NCBI GenBank assembly: GCA_965215195.1
Contig: CBDCDC010000002.1
Location: 2,944,001 to 3,008,000, forward strand
Origin: Candidatus Latescibacterota bacterium
GTDB lineage: Bacteria > Latescibacterota > UBA2968 > UBA8231
Length of the DNA: 64,000 nucleotides
Reading direction: 5' to 3'
Shown: one piece after another, positions 26,706 through 35,562 of the stretch
How positions within the stretch are numbered: position 1 is the stretch's first letter
Layout of the letters: each line of letters begins with the position of its first letter
The notes under the pieces: generated by a model
Databases searched by the model: none
What the model was told of the DNA's origin: nothing
What the model saw: only the letters and a program-made list of their open reading frames with translations
Translations under genes and position numbers: made by a program

Positions 26706-29489
26706 TTGAATGTCCGCGGAGCAAATTTAACAATTGGGCTGGCACTGTTGCTCGCGTTCCAAACCGTGCTCCACGCCCAAAGCTACGGCACCCGCCTAGG
26801 GGTTCAGCGCGGCGGCGAAGTCAGTTTTGAGCCCCGGGGCCCCGGCGTGCTCTTCGGTGCTCTCGATCCCGCCGTACAGAAGTGGTACGTTCCCCAAGAA
26901 CTCTACTACGAGTTCAGGTGGCGCCAATGGGAGTACTCCAACTACGCCCGCGACCCGTATCAGCGCTATATCAACACCAACCTAGAGGGCGACTACTTCT
27001 ACGATTTTTTTGGCAACTACATCAATCGCGGCTGGCTGGTGTACGACTGGCGTCAAGACCAGCCCCAAGAGTTGGGTAGCGGCATCTTCAAGGGCCGTCA
27101 ATTCGAGCAATTCTTCAGCTCGGTGACCGTGAGTGGCGACTCCAAGGGCCAGTACTCCTACGCCATTACCGTGGGCAATGCGATCCGCACCACCCTCACG
27201 CCAATGACCTTTTCCAAGCCGAATTTCAACGGAGTCCAGATCGACTTTGCCTCGGACAAGTACGCCGCCACGGTGCTGGCCTCGCGGATCAACGATCCGG
27301 CCGTGGGCGTGACTGTCAATCCCAGACGGCAATCTAATTCGACCTCTCTACTCGGGGGCCGGGCCATCGCTCAGGTGGGCGACTTTATCACTTTGGGCGG
27401 GACCGTGGTCAACGCCCACAACGCCAATACCACTTTGGACATGTTCGAAGGCAATCTCTTGGCGGGGAACCTCACCTCGGGCCAGACGAGTACGCCGGTT
27501 ACGGCCATAGCCATCGTCCTCAGCGACGATAGCCCCGAGGACGAGGCGGGCGGCGCGGCCCTTTTCAGCCACGATATACGCATCAAGAGCCGCGACTTTG
27601 AGACCGGCCTAGAGACGGTCTCGACGTTGGACGAGGTGGTGCGCGAGGGAGCGGAGTGGCCGACCGTATTCGGCGGCTTTCCGCGCACGGGCTTTTTGGC
27701 CGCCGACGGCACCGAGCGGATCATTCTCAATTACGACTTTACGGACCCGGCGTATGTGGGGCCGGATTTAACTGCCATAGTTGAGGTGGAGTTCGACTAT
27801 GTGCTGGCCAACGACTTCAAGGTCGAGATGTGGTCCAATCTGCAGACTGGTACGCGCCCGGTGCCGCCGCCGCCGCTGACCAACCAAGTCATTGAAGAAG
27901 CCGAGCCAGTGCTCATCGGCATACGGCGGGCCGCCGGCAATATAAGGGATATATCCAATGCCCAGCGGGTTCTTTTTAACTACGGCTTGCCCTCGGCCAA
28001 CATGGTCGCCGGATTCACCATTGAAGGCAAGAACGTGTGGGGCTTTGATTTCTACGGCGAGTGGAACAACAACCTGCGCTACTTCCAGTACCCAAATGCC
28101 GCCCTCTTCAACGCCAACGAAGGGCACGAGGTCGCTGCCGAGAGCGGCCAAGCCGCCATCTTCAACCTGTCCAAAGAAGCCTATCCGTTTTTTACTTATG
28201 GCGAAGCCTATTCAGTGGATGCCGACTATTCGACCTCGGCTTTTGTCGCCCTGCCCGGCGGGGACGTTTTTTACGACGATCCCATACGCTCGGTCTACGA
28301 ATTTGTCGCCGACAACGACGACCAAGACCGCCAGCCCGACTGGGCCCGGGTAGGCTCGCAGTCAAACGACCGGGAGGTGTTTCCCGGCTGGGACGAAAAC
28401 CTCGACTTCATTTCGGATTTCAACCAGAACGACAACCGCTCGGTGCCCAATTCCATTCCCGACTACGAAGAGCCGTTTTTGCGCTACCACGTCGATCGGC
28501 CCGAACTCCTCTTTGGCATTGACCTCAACAACAACGGCTGGATCGATCGCTTTGAGGACGACGAGTTGGCCGACTATCCCTACAAGCCCGACCGGCGCGG
28601 GTACAATGCCTTTTTTGGCGTCCACCTCTTGCCCGAGGCGCGCTTGCTGGTGGGGCGGCTCAACGAGCGCATGCTCTCGGACGATAGGGACAATCAAACC
28701 GCGTATGCCATGTTCACCCTCGACAAGGACTACCCCGGTTTGGGGCGGGTGCGGGTCTTTGATATGCTCAAGCGAGTCGCGGACACCATCCCCGATGACC
28801 GGCGGGCCCCGCTGCCCTTCCTCGACGCGCCCACGCCGCCGCTGGTGTCGGATATGCTGGTCTTTCCCGATACCTGGATCAACACCGCGTGGCTGGGGGT
28901 GGACTACACAGCCATTGCCAACTTTGAGATGGTCAACAAACTCAAATACGAGCGCTACGACCCGGTCCAAGACGAGGCCCGCGACATCGATGGCCGGATA
29001 CTGGCCAGTTCGCCCTTCCTCTTGGGCCTGATCAACAAATTCGAATACAAGCTGCATCTAGGTCATTTTATTCTCCAGCCGAGGCTCAAAAGTGAGTACT
29101 TCCGCCAAGACGCCTTTGTGCAGGCCGAAGAAGACCTAAAACAATGGACTGGGATTGTCTCGCTTTTGGCCCAAGTGCCCCTACTCAACAGCAGCGTAGT
29201 TGACTTAGGCGTGGAGTTGGCCCAGTTCAACGATCTGGTGCAGCAGGAGGAGGATATGGTTGAGCAGGGCATGGCCGAAGAGACCGGGGACTTGCGCTCT
29301 GCGGTTTTTGCAGTACAGCTAACCAACAACTCAAACTATTTGGGGTACAAGCTGACGACGCAACTCGGCCTGCGCCTCGGCCGCACCTTCACCGAGGCCG
29401 TGCGGGAGGTAGAACCCCGGGTCTTCGACAAGCGCACCCAAGGCCGGACCGAGACCACCAGCTTTATCACCATTTACGCCGGATTGTAA
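26706..29489 (+). CDS. Conserved hypothetical secreted/outer-membrane protein with Ca-binding-like motifs (paralog 1)
   Basis: Signal peptide ending LHAQ; DNDDQDRQPD and DLNNNGWID motifs; alternating beta-strand pattern; collinear similarity to 29495-32356. Confidence 0.8.
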   Translation: MNVRGANLTIGLALLLAFQTVLHAQSYGTRLGVQRGGEVSFEPRGPGVLFGALDPAVQKWYVPQELYYEFRWRQWEYSNYARDPYQRYINTNLEGDYFYDFFGNYINRGWLVYDWRQDQPQELGSGIFKGRQFEQFFSSVTVSGDSKGQYSYAITVGNAIRTTLTPMTFSKPNFNGVQIDFASDKYAATVLASRINDPAVGVTVNPRRQSNSTSLLGGRAIAQVGDFITLGGTVVNAHNANTTLDMFEGNLLAGNLTSGQTSTPVTAIAIVLSDDSPEDEAGGAALFSHDIRIKSRDFETGLETVSTLDEVVREGAEWPTVFGGFPRTGFLAADGTERIILNYDFTDPAYVGPDLTAIVEVEFDYVLANDFKVEMWSNLQTGTRPVPPPPLTNQVIEEAEPVLIGIRRAAGNIRDISNAQRVLFNYGLPSANMVAGFTIEGKNVWGFDFYGEWNNNLRYFQYPNAALFNANEGHEVAAESGQAAIFNLSKEAYPFFTYGEAYSVDADYSTSAFVALPGGDVFYDDPIRSVYEFVADNDDQDRQPDWARVGSQSNDREVFPGWDENLDFISDFNQNDNRSVPNSIPDYEEPFLRYHVDRPELLFGIDLNNNGWIDRFEDDELADYPYKPDRRGYNAFFGVHLLPEARLLVGRLNERMLSDDRDNQTAYAMFTLDKDYPGLGRVRVFDMLKRVADTIPDDRRAPLPFLDAPTPPLVSDMLVFPDTWINTAWLGVDYTAIANFEMVNKLKYERYDPVQDEARDIDGRILASSPFLLGLINKFEYKLHLGHFILQPRLKSEYFRQDAFVQAEEDLKQWTGIVSLLAQVPLLNSSVVDLGVELAQFNDLVQQEEDMVEQGMAEETGDLRSAVFAVQLTNNSNYLGYKLTTQLGLRLGRTFTEAVREVEPRVFDKRTQGRTETTSFITIYAGL

Positions 29490-29494
29490 TAGGG

Positions 29495-32356
29495 ATGAGG
29501 GCGCGTTGCATCGCATTGGCGGCTCTGGCCGGGTTGAGTCTGTGGGGGGTAGCCGCAGCGCAAATCGACTATGGGGGTCGTCTGGGGGATCGGGTGGGAG
29601 ACCGCGTCATTTACCACGTGCCCGGCGTTTCTACCTATATAGAGGCGCTGGACCCGACCGTGCAGCGTTGGTACATGCCGGCCCCGCTCTTTGGCGAATT
29701 TGGCCGCAACCAGTGGGAGTACACCAACTACGCCCGCCAAGCCCACAGGCGCTATCTCAACCCCTCGGCAGAGGGGGATCTCTTCTACGATCCGTTCGGT
29801 CGCCTCATTACGCGGGGCTGGCTAGTGTACGACTGGCGCCAGACCAAACCACTGATCGCCGAGAGTTCCTCGGTCAGAAAAGGTGCCCAGTACGACAACT
29901 GGTTTAGCCGCTTGGTCCTATCCGGGGACACCAAGGGCCAGTATCGCTATTCGGTTATGGTCGGAGACGAGATCTGGACTACCCTAACGCCGATGACCTT
30001 CCGCAAGGCCGGGTTCAACGGGGTAGTAGTCGACTTTGCCGCAGACCGCTTTCGCGCCACTGGGCTTTTTTCGCGGATTTCGTTCCCGCTCCTTTCGGGG
30101 GGCACCGCGCGCTTCCAGTACGCTACCAACCTCACGGCCGGCCGGATCGAAGCCGATTTGACCGATTCTTTTACGTTGGGGATGAACTTCGTCAACAGCC
30201 ACAACAACACCGGCAGCAACGAGAGCTTCCAAGGGAATGTATTCAAGGGGGCCCTGACGGCCGGGCAACTGGCCCAGCGGGTTGACCGGCTCTTGGTGCG
30301 GCTCTCGGACGACTCGCCAGAAGATGGCGAGGGGGGTGCTGTCTTGGTTAGCGAGGAGGTCGAGATCCGCACTACCCTGAGCCGTCAGGAAATGGTTCGG
30401 GACCAGCTAATCCACGTGGAGCGAGATACCGTCATCTTCAGCAGCAGTATCGGTTTTAGACCGACCATTACAGGGGGGCGGCGAGACCGGGGGTTTCTAA
30501 CGGCCGATGGTGCGGACCAGATCGTTTTGCAATATCCCTTGGCCCCTAGGGAGATGGCGGAAGAACAGGGAACCTTGCGTGCGCTCTTCCAGCAACACCT
30601 AGATCTCACTCTATCTGAGGCCGAGGCCGCGATTAGCGCCATTCGGGACGTGCGCTTCCGCCTCGTGCTAGCCAACGACTACCGAGTCGAGGTCAGTTCC
30701 AATAGGCAGACGGACGAATTTGACGTGCCGCAATTTTTACCTGTGGCGCGGGCCGATGGCAATATCAAAAACCAGTTGAACCAGCGGGAGGTCGTCTTCG
30801 ACTATGGGCTGCCTACGGCTAACCAGCTCGTCGGTCTGACGGCCGAGGTGCGAGATTTTCACGGCTTGGATTTTTACGGAGAAATAAACCTCAATACCCA
30901 GTACCGAAAATACCCCAGCATAGGGCGCGATTCGCACCGTGCGATCAACGGCATGGCCGGGGACCGCCACGAGGTGGGCTGGTTGGTCAATTTGGCCTTC
31001 CGCGAGGGGCCTTGGCGCTTTATGGGCGAGGGGTTTGGCATGGAAGACGGGTACCGCACCAGCGTCCTGACGGTAAATCGCGACGGGGTGTCGGACTACG
31101 CTCCCGAGGCCGTCAACCTGCACTACGAGTTTGTAGATGACAACGACGACAACGACCGGCAACCCGACTGGCTGCGGGTGGGCGAGGGCAGCTTTGTCCC
31201 CACCGAGCGCCGCAGCGAAATCGAGGTCCGCGGCGTGGCCGATCCGGCGGTTTTCCCCGGTTATGACGAAAATCGCGACTTTATCTCGGACTTCAACCAG
31301 AATAGCACCATCGATCGGGTGAATTTTTTCCCGGACTACGACGAGCCTTTTTTGCGCTATGCCGCGGATCGCCCGCAGTTTCTCTTCGGCATTGATCTCA
31401 ACAACAATGGGTGGGTGGAGCGCTTTGAAAACGACCAAGAGCCGGACTATCCCTACAAGCGAGACCACTGGGGCTACAACCTCTTCGGCGGGCTCGCGGT
31501 GGCACCGGGTATCGAGCTGCGGGTGGGGCAGTTGCGGCAAATCCGCTTGGCGAGCGACCGCCGCAACCTGACCAGCTATGGGATGTTCGCCTTGGAGCAG
31601 AGCGGGTCGCGGTGGGGCCGCCTGCGGGTTTTCGACATGGTTAAGAAGGCCGAAGACGCGATCGCCGACCACTTGGTGCAATGGATCATCCCGAGGAGCG
31701 CATTCGGCGCGGCGGCCGAGTCGGCCGGCAGCAATGTGCCGGTATTAGACCCCTTGGCCGCGGCAGACACTTGGATCAACACTTTTTACGCCGACTATGA
31801 GTACGCCAGCCCGCGTTTGTGGCGGACCCTGCACCGCTTCAAGTGGGAGACTTGGCGGCAGCGCGACAGCGATGCACTAGGCCCCGAGGGGCGCAACGGG
31901 CGACGGACCTCGGGCTTTGTCGGGCTGATCAACAAGATAGAATACGTCTTTTACTGGCGGTCGCTGCGTTTCAGGCCCAAACTCAAGAGCGAATTCCTGC
32001 GCGAGGTGCCCTTTAGCCGAGCATTTGACACGCGGCGCTCTTGGGACGGCCTCTTCTTCTTTGTCGGCAGCGTTCCAGTGCTCGAGGCCACCGAGTTCGA
32101 GTTCGGCTTGGAGCAGCGCTCTTTCTCCGACCTCAAAGGGGGAGAAGACGAGTTGGCGGCAGGGCTTTTCACCGGGGATTTTCGCGGCTCGGTTTTGGCG
32201 TTGCAACTCACCAATATCAGCCAATACCTAGGCTATCAGCTAACCACTCAGGTGGGCATCCGCCTCGATCGCCGCTCGTTGGAGGTTGTTGGCCGGAGCC
32301 GCGAGATCGAGACTTCGGGCTTGAGTTTTCTGTCGATTATCGCCGGCTTAAAGTGA
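29495..32356 (+). CDS. Conserved hypothetical secreted/outer-membrane protein (paralog 2)
   Basis: Signal peptide ending AAAQ; shares RGWLVYDWRQ, TTLTPMTF, LSDDSPED, FISDFNQN and FGIDLNNNGW with paralog 1. Confidence 0.8.
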   Translation: MRARCIALAALAGLSLWGVAAAQIDYGGRLGDRVGDRVIYHVPGVSTYIEALDPTVQRWYMPAPLFGEFGRNQWEYTNYARQAHRRYLNPSAEGDLFYDPFGRLITRGWLVYDWRQTKPLIAESSSVRKGAQYDNWFSRLVLSGDTKGQYRYSVMVGDEIWTTLTPMTFRKAGFNGVVVDFAADRFRATGLFSRISFPLLSGGTARFQYATNLTAGRIEADLTDSFTLGMNFVNSHNNTGSNESFQGNVFKGALTAGQLAQRVDRLLVRLSDDSPEDGEGGAVLVSEEVEIRTTLSRQEMVRDQLIHVERDTVIFSSSIGFRPTITGGRRDRGFLTADGADQIVLQYPLAPREMAEEQGTLRALFQQHLDLTLSEAEAAISAIRDVRFRLVLANDYRVEVSSNRQTDEFDVPQFLPVARADGNIKNQLNQREVVFDYGLPTANQLVGLTAEVRDFHGLDFYGEINLNTQYRKYPSIGRDSHRAINGMAGDRHEVGWLVNLAFREGPWRFMGEGFGMEDGYRTSVLTVNRDGVSDYAPEAVNLHYEFVDDNDDNDRQPDWLRVGEGSFVPTERRSEIEVRGVADPAVFPGYDENRDFISDFNQNSTIDRVNFFPDYDEPFLRYAADRPQFLFGIDLNNNGWVERFENDQEPDYPYKRDHWGYNLFGGLAVAPGIELRVGQLRQIRLASDRRNLTSYGMFALEQSGSRWGRLRVFDMVKKAEDAIADHLVQWIIPRSAFGAAAESAGSNVPVLDPLAAADTWINTFYADYEYASPRLWRTLHRFKWETWRQRDSDALGPEGRNGRRTSGFVGLINKIEYVFYWRSLRFRPKLKSEFLREVPFSRAFDTRRSWDGLFFFVGSVPVLEATEFEFGLEQRSFSDLKGGEDELAAGLFTGDFRGSVLALQLTNISQYLGYQLTTQVGIRLDRRSLEVVGRSREIETSGLSFLSIIAGLK

Positions 32357-32460
32357 TTTTTGCTTGACCTCATACTCTATTTTTCTTATTTACAAACACC
32401 TGCTAAGTCGCTTTACTGTACGCCTTCAAAACCTCACACCTCTAAGAAGGAGGTTCCGCT

Positions 32461-33381
32461 GTGAAGAACGTATTATCCGCCTTATTTGCCACTGCGCTTT
32501 TGCTCGGCCTGAGCACCAAGGTCCAAGCCCACGATCCACCCGACTTCATCGGCGCGGTGTGGCAATGGCCCGAGACGCACCTTCCGGTCTTAGATGCCGA
32601 TCTGAGCGAATGGGATATCATTCCCGAGGAATTTTGGATCACTGAGCAGAGCGTCGTACAGAGCACGGCCCGGCCGTGGATCTACACCGGCGATTTGGAT
32701 GTCTCCTCAATTTCCTTCCGCTGGATTCCCACTTGGAACGAGGAAACCAACCGCATCTACTGGGCCTACGAGCGCTTCGACGACAAGTACCAGTTGGGCA
32801 ACGAGTCGGTCGAAACAACAGTAGATGCCGATCACTCGGGCGGCTCCTTCTGGGATCTGGAAGGCCAGAGCGACGAGGAGATCGCACGCCAGCGCGGCCG
32901 TCATGCGCAAATCAGCCACTATTGGTTCGACAATGGCCAAGCCCGGGAAGGCCAGTGGAACTGGTTTTGGATGACCCAAGCCGACTGGTACGACACGCCA
33001 CCGTACTCCGACCATTCGTATTGGTTTAGCGGCACGGCGCCCAATTCCTTTGAGGAGATGCGCCAACGGGCCGAGTGGTGGAGCGTCTATTGGGACGACT
33101 TCAACTGGGAAGATCCCCAAGGGAGCGTCCTGCACGACTTCCAGCAGGACGAGATCATCGGCCTTACCGGGCACGTCTTCGATACCGATGCCGAGCTATC
33201 CGACGATTGTAACTGCCATTCGCGCTGGGCCATCAGTCCCAACGTTGAGTCCTTTGGCGACGCCGATTTCTTGGCCGACTGGGTGCTTTTGGGCGTTGAC
33301 GAGTCCGCCTTTGAAGGTATCGCGCCCACAGCCGTCGAAGACAACACTTGGGGCCAGGTCAAGGCTTCGTTCGGCAAATAA
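32461..33381 (+). CDS. Secreted acidic, Trp-rich protein (possible CBM9/DOMON-like fold) with C-terminal TWG motif
   Basis: AAGGAGG RBS and GTG start; signal peptide ending VQA; PVLDADLSEW motif; tail TAVEDNTWGQVKASFGK. Confidence 0.8.
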   Translation: MKNVLSALFATALLLGLSTKVQAHDPPDFIGAVWQWPETHLPVLDADLSEWDIIPEEFWITEQSVVQSTARPWIYTGDLDVSSISFRWIPTWNEETNRIYWAYERFDDKYQLGNESVETTVDADHSGGSFWDLEGQSDEEIARQRGRHAQISHYWFDNGQAREGQWNWFWMTQADWYDTPPYSDHSYWFSGTAPNSFEEMRQRAEWWSVYWDDFNWEDPQGSVLHDFQQDEIIGLTGHVFDTDAELSDDCNCHSRWAISPNVESFGDADFLADWVLLGVDESAFEGIAPTAVEDNTWGQVKASFGK

Positions 33382-33410
33382 GCGGTTATTGCGCATCACA
33401 AGTGCTTTAT

Positions 33411-33446
33411 AAAAAAGGGGGAGGATTCGAATCCTCCCCTTTTTTT
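33411..33446 (+). terminator. Intrinsic terminator
   Basis: AAAAAAGGGGGAGGATTCGAATCCTCCCCTTTTTTT: hairpin plus T tract, about 30 bp after the stop at 33381. Confidence 0.85.
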
Positions 33447-33486
33447 ATTTTCTAGCTGGACCATCTACCGGTGTAGGAGGTAGATA

Positions 33487-35409
33487 ATGAGAGGGAATTT
33501 GCGGCGATTTTTGTCGGCTGCTCTATTGGGGGGCTTTTGCTCTGGGCTAGCTGAGGTCGAGGCGCTCACCATATATCGCATTGGCGGCGAGGAATTGCCG
33601 CCGCCGGAAGTGGAAGTGGACTTTGCATTTGTCCAGCTATCTTGGGCTGATGTCGAAGAAAAGCGGCTCGGTAGGATAGACCTCTTGGAGGTCGCGACCC
33701 ATTCTATTGAGCCTCAGCGCCTAGATCCCGCCGTCAATCTGACGCCCCTGATCCGGGAGCGGGGCGGCGGCATCCGCTCGAACAATTCCTACGGTTGGCA
33801 ATCGGAAGCCCTGTTGGACAACTTGATGGACGGCGATCTGACCACCGCCTATTTGGGCAGTGGCCGCAGCCAGTCGGCCGACTGCTCGCCGTGCAAGAAG
33901 GGCATCTGGTTTGAGTTGAACGGACTGTTTCCCATCCGGCGCATCAAAATTTCCACCACCGAGCGCTTTGCCCACCAGCGCTTCATCGAGGAGTTCGAGA
34001 TAGGCACCAACGATGGCGATGCGCGCAAAAAGGGAACCCGAGAAGGGCAATACCATTGGCGCGGGGCCTTTCTCGATTACGACATCGCGTTCAAGGTCGC
34101 AAACAATTTGGAACCCTTTCTCGATTTAGAACTGCCAGACCGCCCCATTGCCGAAATTCTTTTTAAGGCTCCAGTCGGCAATTGGGAAATCGCCGAATTC
34201 GAGATCTTCGGGGATGGCTTTGCCTCGCAGGCCAGCTATGTATCCAATGTCATTGATTTGGGCATGGCTTCTAGTCTAGGCGAGTTGATTTGGGCGGGTA
34301 GCCGGGATCTGGGAGCAATGGTCAATCTGAGTATGCGCAGCGGCGACGACGCGGATCCTAATTTCTACTGGCGCTTCACGTTCAGAGGCGATGAGCGCTC
34401 CCGCTTTGCAGCCAGCGGCGAACCACTCACGCTAGACCGCTATAAAAAATTGGAGGAAGGCGAGAAAGCCGGGATCAGCCCAGACAACGAAAGTTGGGAG
34501 TTCTGGACGCCGCCGCTTGAGTTCGATAGGGGGCATTCCGAATTAGTGGGTTCGCGGCCTCGGCGTTACTTGCAGTTCAAGGCAGATTTCTTCTCGGAGC
34601 GAGCCCTTGCGGCCGGACGCATGGAGTACTTGCAGTTTAATGTTTCCCAACCGCCGGTGGCCAGCCAAGTGCTGGCCGAGATCGCACCGCACCAAGTTGA
34701 GGTGGGCGAGGTCGTCCAATTCACCTACAAAATCCTGCCCAACTTGGAGCGGGATGATCTCGGCTTCGACAGCATTGAGATCGACACCCCCATAGAGGTC
34801 ACGAGCATTGACGCGGTGTACATCGGCGGCGAAGAACAGAATTTTACCATCGCGGAAAAGGACGCCAAGAGCTTTGTGGTACAGGTGCCGCGGATTGATC
34901 TCAACCGCACGGGCGAGTTGCTCGAAGTCGAATTTCAGGCCGAGGTCTTTCAGGTGGGCACGGTGTTTTCAGGCCGGGTCTTCGACAGCCAGCGTCCCCA
35001 TGAGGTGCGTCAGCGCATCACTGCGGGGAACGCCGACGATCTGGCCGAGAGCAATACCCTGAGTGTGGGGTTGGGTACGGTGGCCAATCCGGCGGTCAAG
35101 GCATTGTGGCTTTCGCCGCGGCTTTTCACCCCCAACGGCGATGGTGTCAACGATGTGCTACAAATTGAATACGATCTGGTAAACCTCAGCGGTGCGGTGC
35201 CCGTGGCGATTGACCTCTACGATCTGGCGGGAGTGAAGCGATGCGAGGTGGCCCATAGTACCGCGGCCAGTGGCCGGTTCTCAGCTACTTGGGAGGGCGT
35301 GGACGATGCGGGCAACCTGCTGGCCCCCGGACTCTATCTCTTGCGTCTCGAAGTTGATTCGGACAAGGCGAGGGACGTCGAGGTCGCTGTCGTCCGGCTG
35401 ATTTATTAA
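33487..35409 (+). CDS. Secreted protein with C-terminal FlgD-Ig/CHU_C-like domain (paralog C)
   Basis: AGGAGG RBS; LMDGDLTTAY, EIAEFEIFGDGF, SMRSGDD, WEFWTPP, SRPRRYLQ; FTPNGDGVND...LYDLAG...WEGVDDAGNLLAPGLY. Confidence 0.82.
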   Translation: MRGNLRRFLSAALLGGFCSGLAEVEALTIYRIGGEELPPPEVEVDFAFVQLSWADVEEKRLGRIDLLEVATHSIEPQRLDPAVNLTPLIRERGGGIRSNNSYGWQSEALLDNLMDGDLTTAYLGSGRSQSADCSPCKKGIWFELNGLFPIRRIKISTTERFAHQRFIEEFEIGTNDGDARKKGTREGQYHWRGAFLDYDIAFKVANNLEPFLDLELPDRPIAEILFKAPVGNWEIAEFEIFGDGFASQASYVSNVIDLGMASSLGELIWAGSRDLGAMVNLSMRSGDDADPNFYWRFTFRGDERSRFAASGEPLTLDRYKKLEEGEKAGISPDNESWEFWTPPLEFDRGHSELVGSRPRRYLQFKADFFSERALAAGRMEYLQFNVSQPPVASQVLAEIAPHQVEVGEVVQFTYKILPNLERDDLGFDSIEIDTPIEVTSIDAVYIGGEEQNFTIAEKDAKSFVVQVPRIDLNRTGELLEVEFQAEVFQVGTVFSGRVFDSQRPHEVRQRITAGNADDLAESNTLSVGLGTVANPAVKALWLSPRLFTPNGDGVNDVLQIEYDLVNLSGAVPVAIDLYDLAGVKRCEVAHSTAASGRFSATWEGVDDAGNLLAPGLYLLRLEVDSDKARDVEVAVVRLIY

Positions 35410-35562
35410 CGGATGTTACGCGCGATAGGGATCGGCCGCTGTTGCTTCGGCGACCCAACAGCGGTTGATCTCCTTATCCTATCGGTTCCATCTGCGCCAT
35501 CTGCGGATCGAGTTGTTCCCCCGATGTCAGTTATTAACCCTATAAACTATGGTTTTAGATTT

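Noticed and set aside
26706-32356. Twin paralogs or CRTAC1 paralogs considered as diversity-generating retroelement targets
   Set aside because: No reverse transcriptase and no near-identical TR/VR pair with adenine-specific differences seen.
35410-35562. 50-aa upstream extension of the PPIase ORF and the ATCTGCGCCATCTGCGG mini-repeat
   Set aside because: The signal peptide begins at MKSEIVR (35563). The repeat occurs once and cannot be assigned a role.
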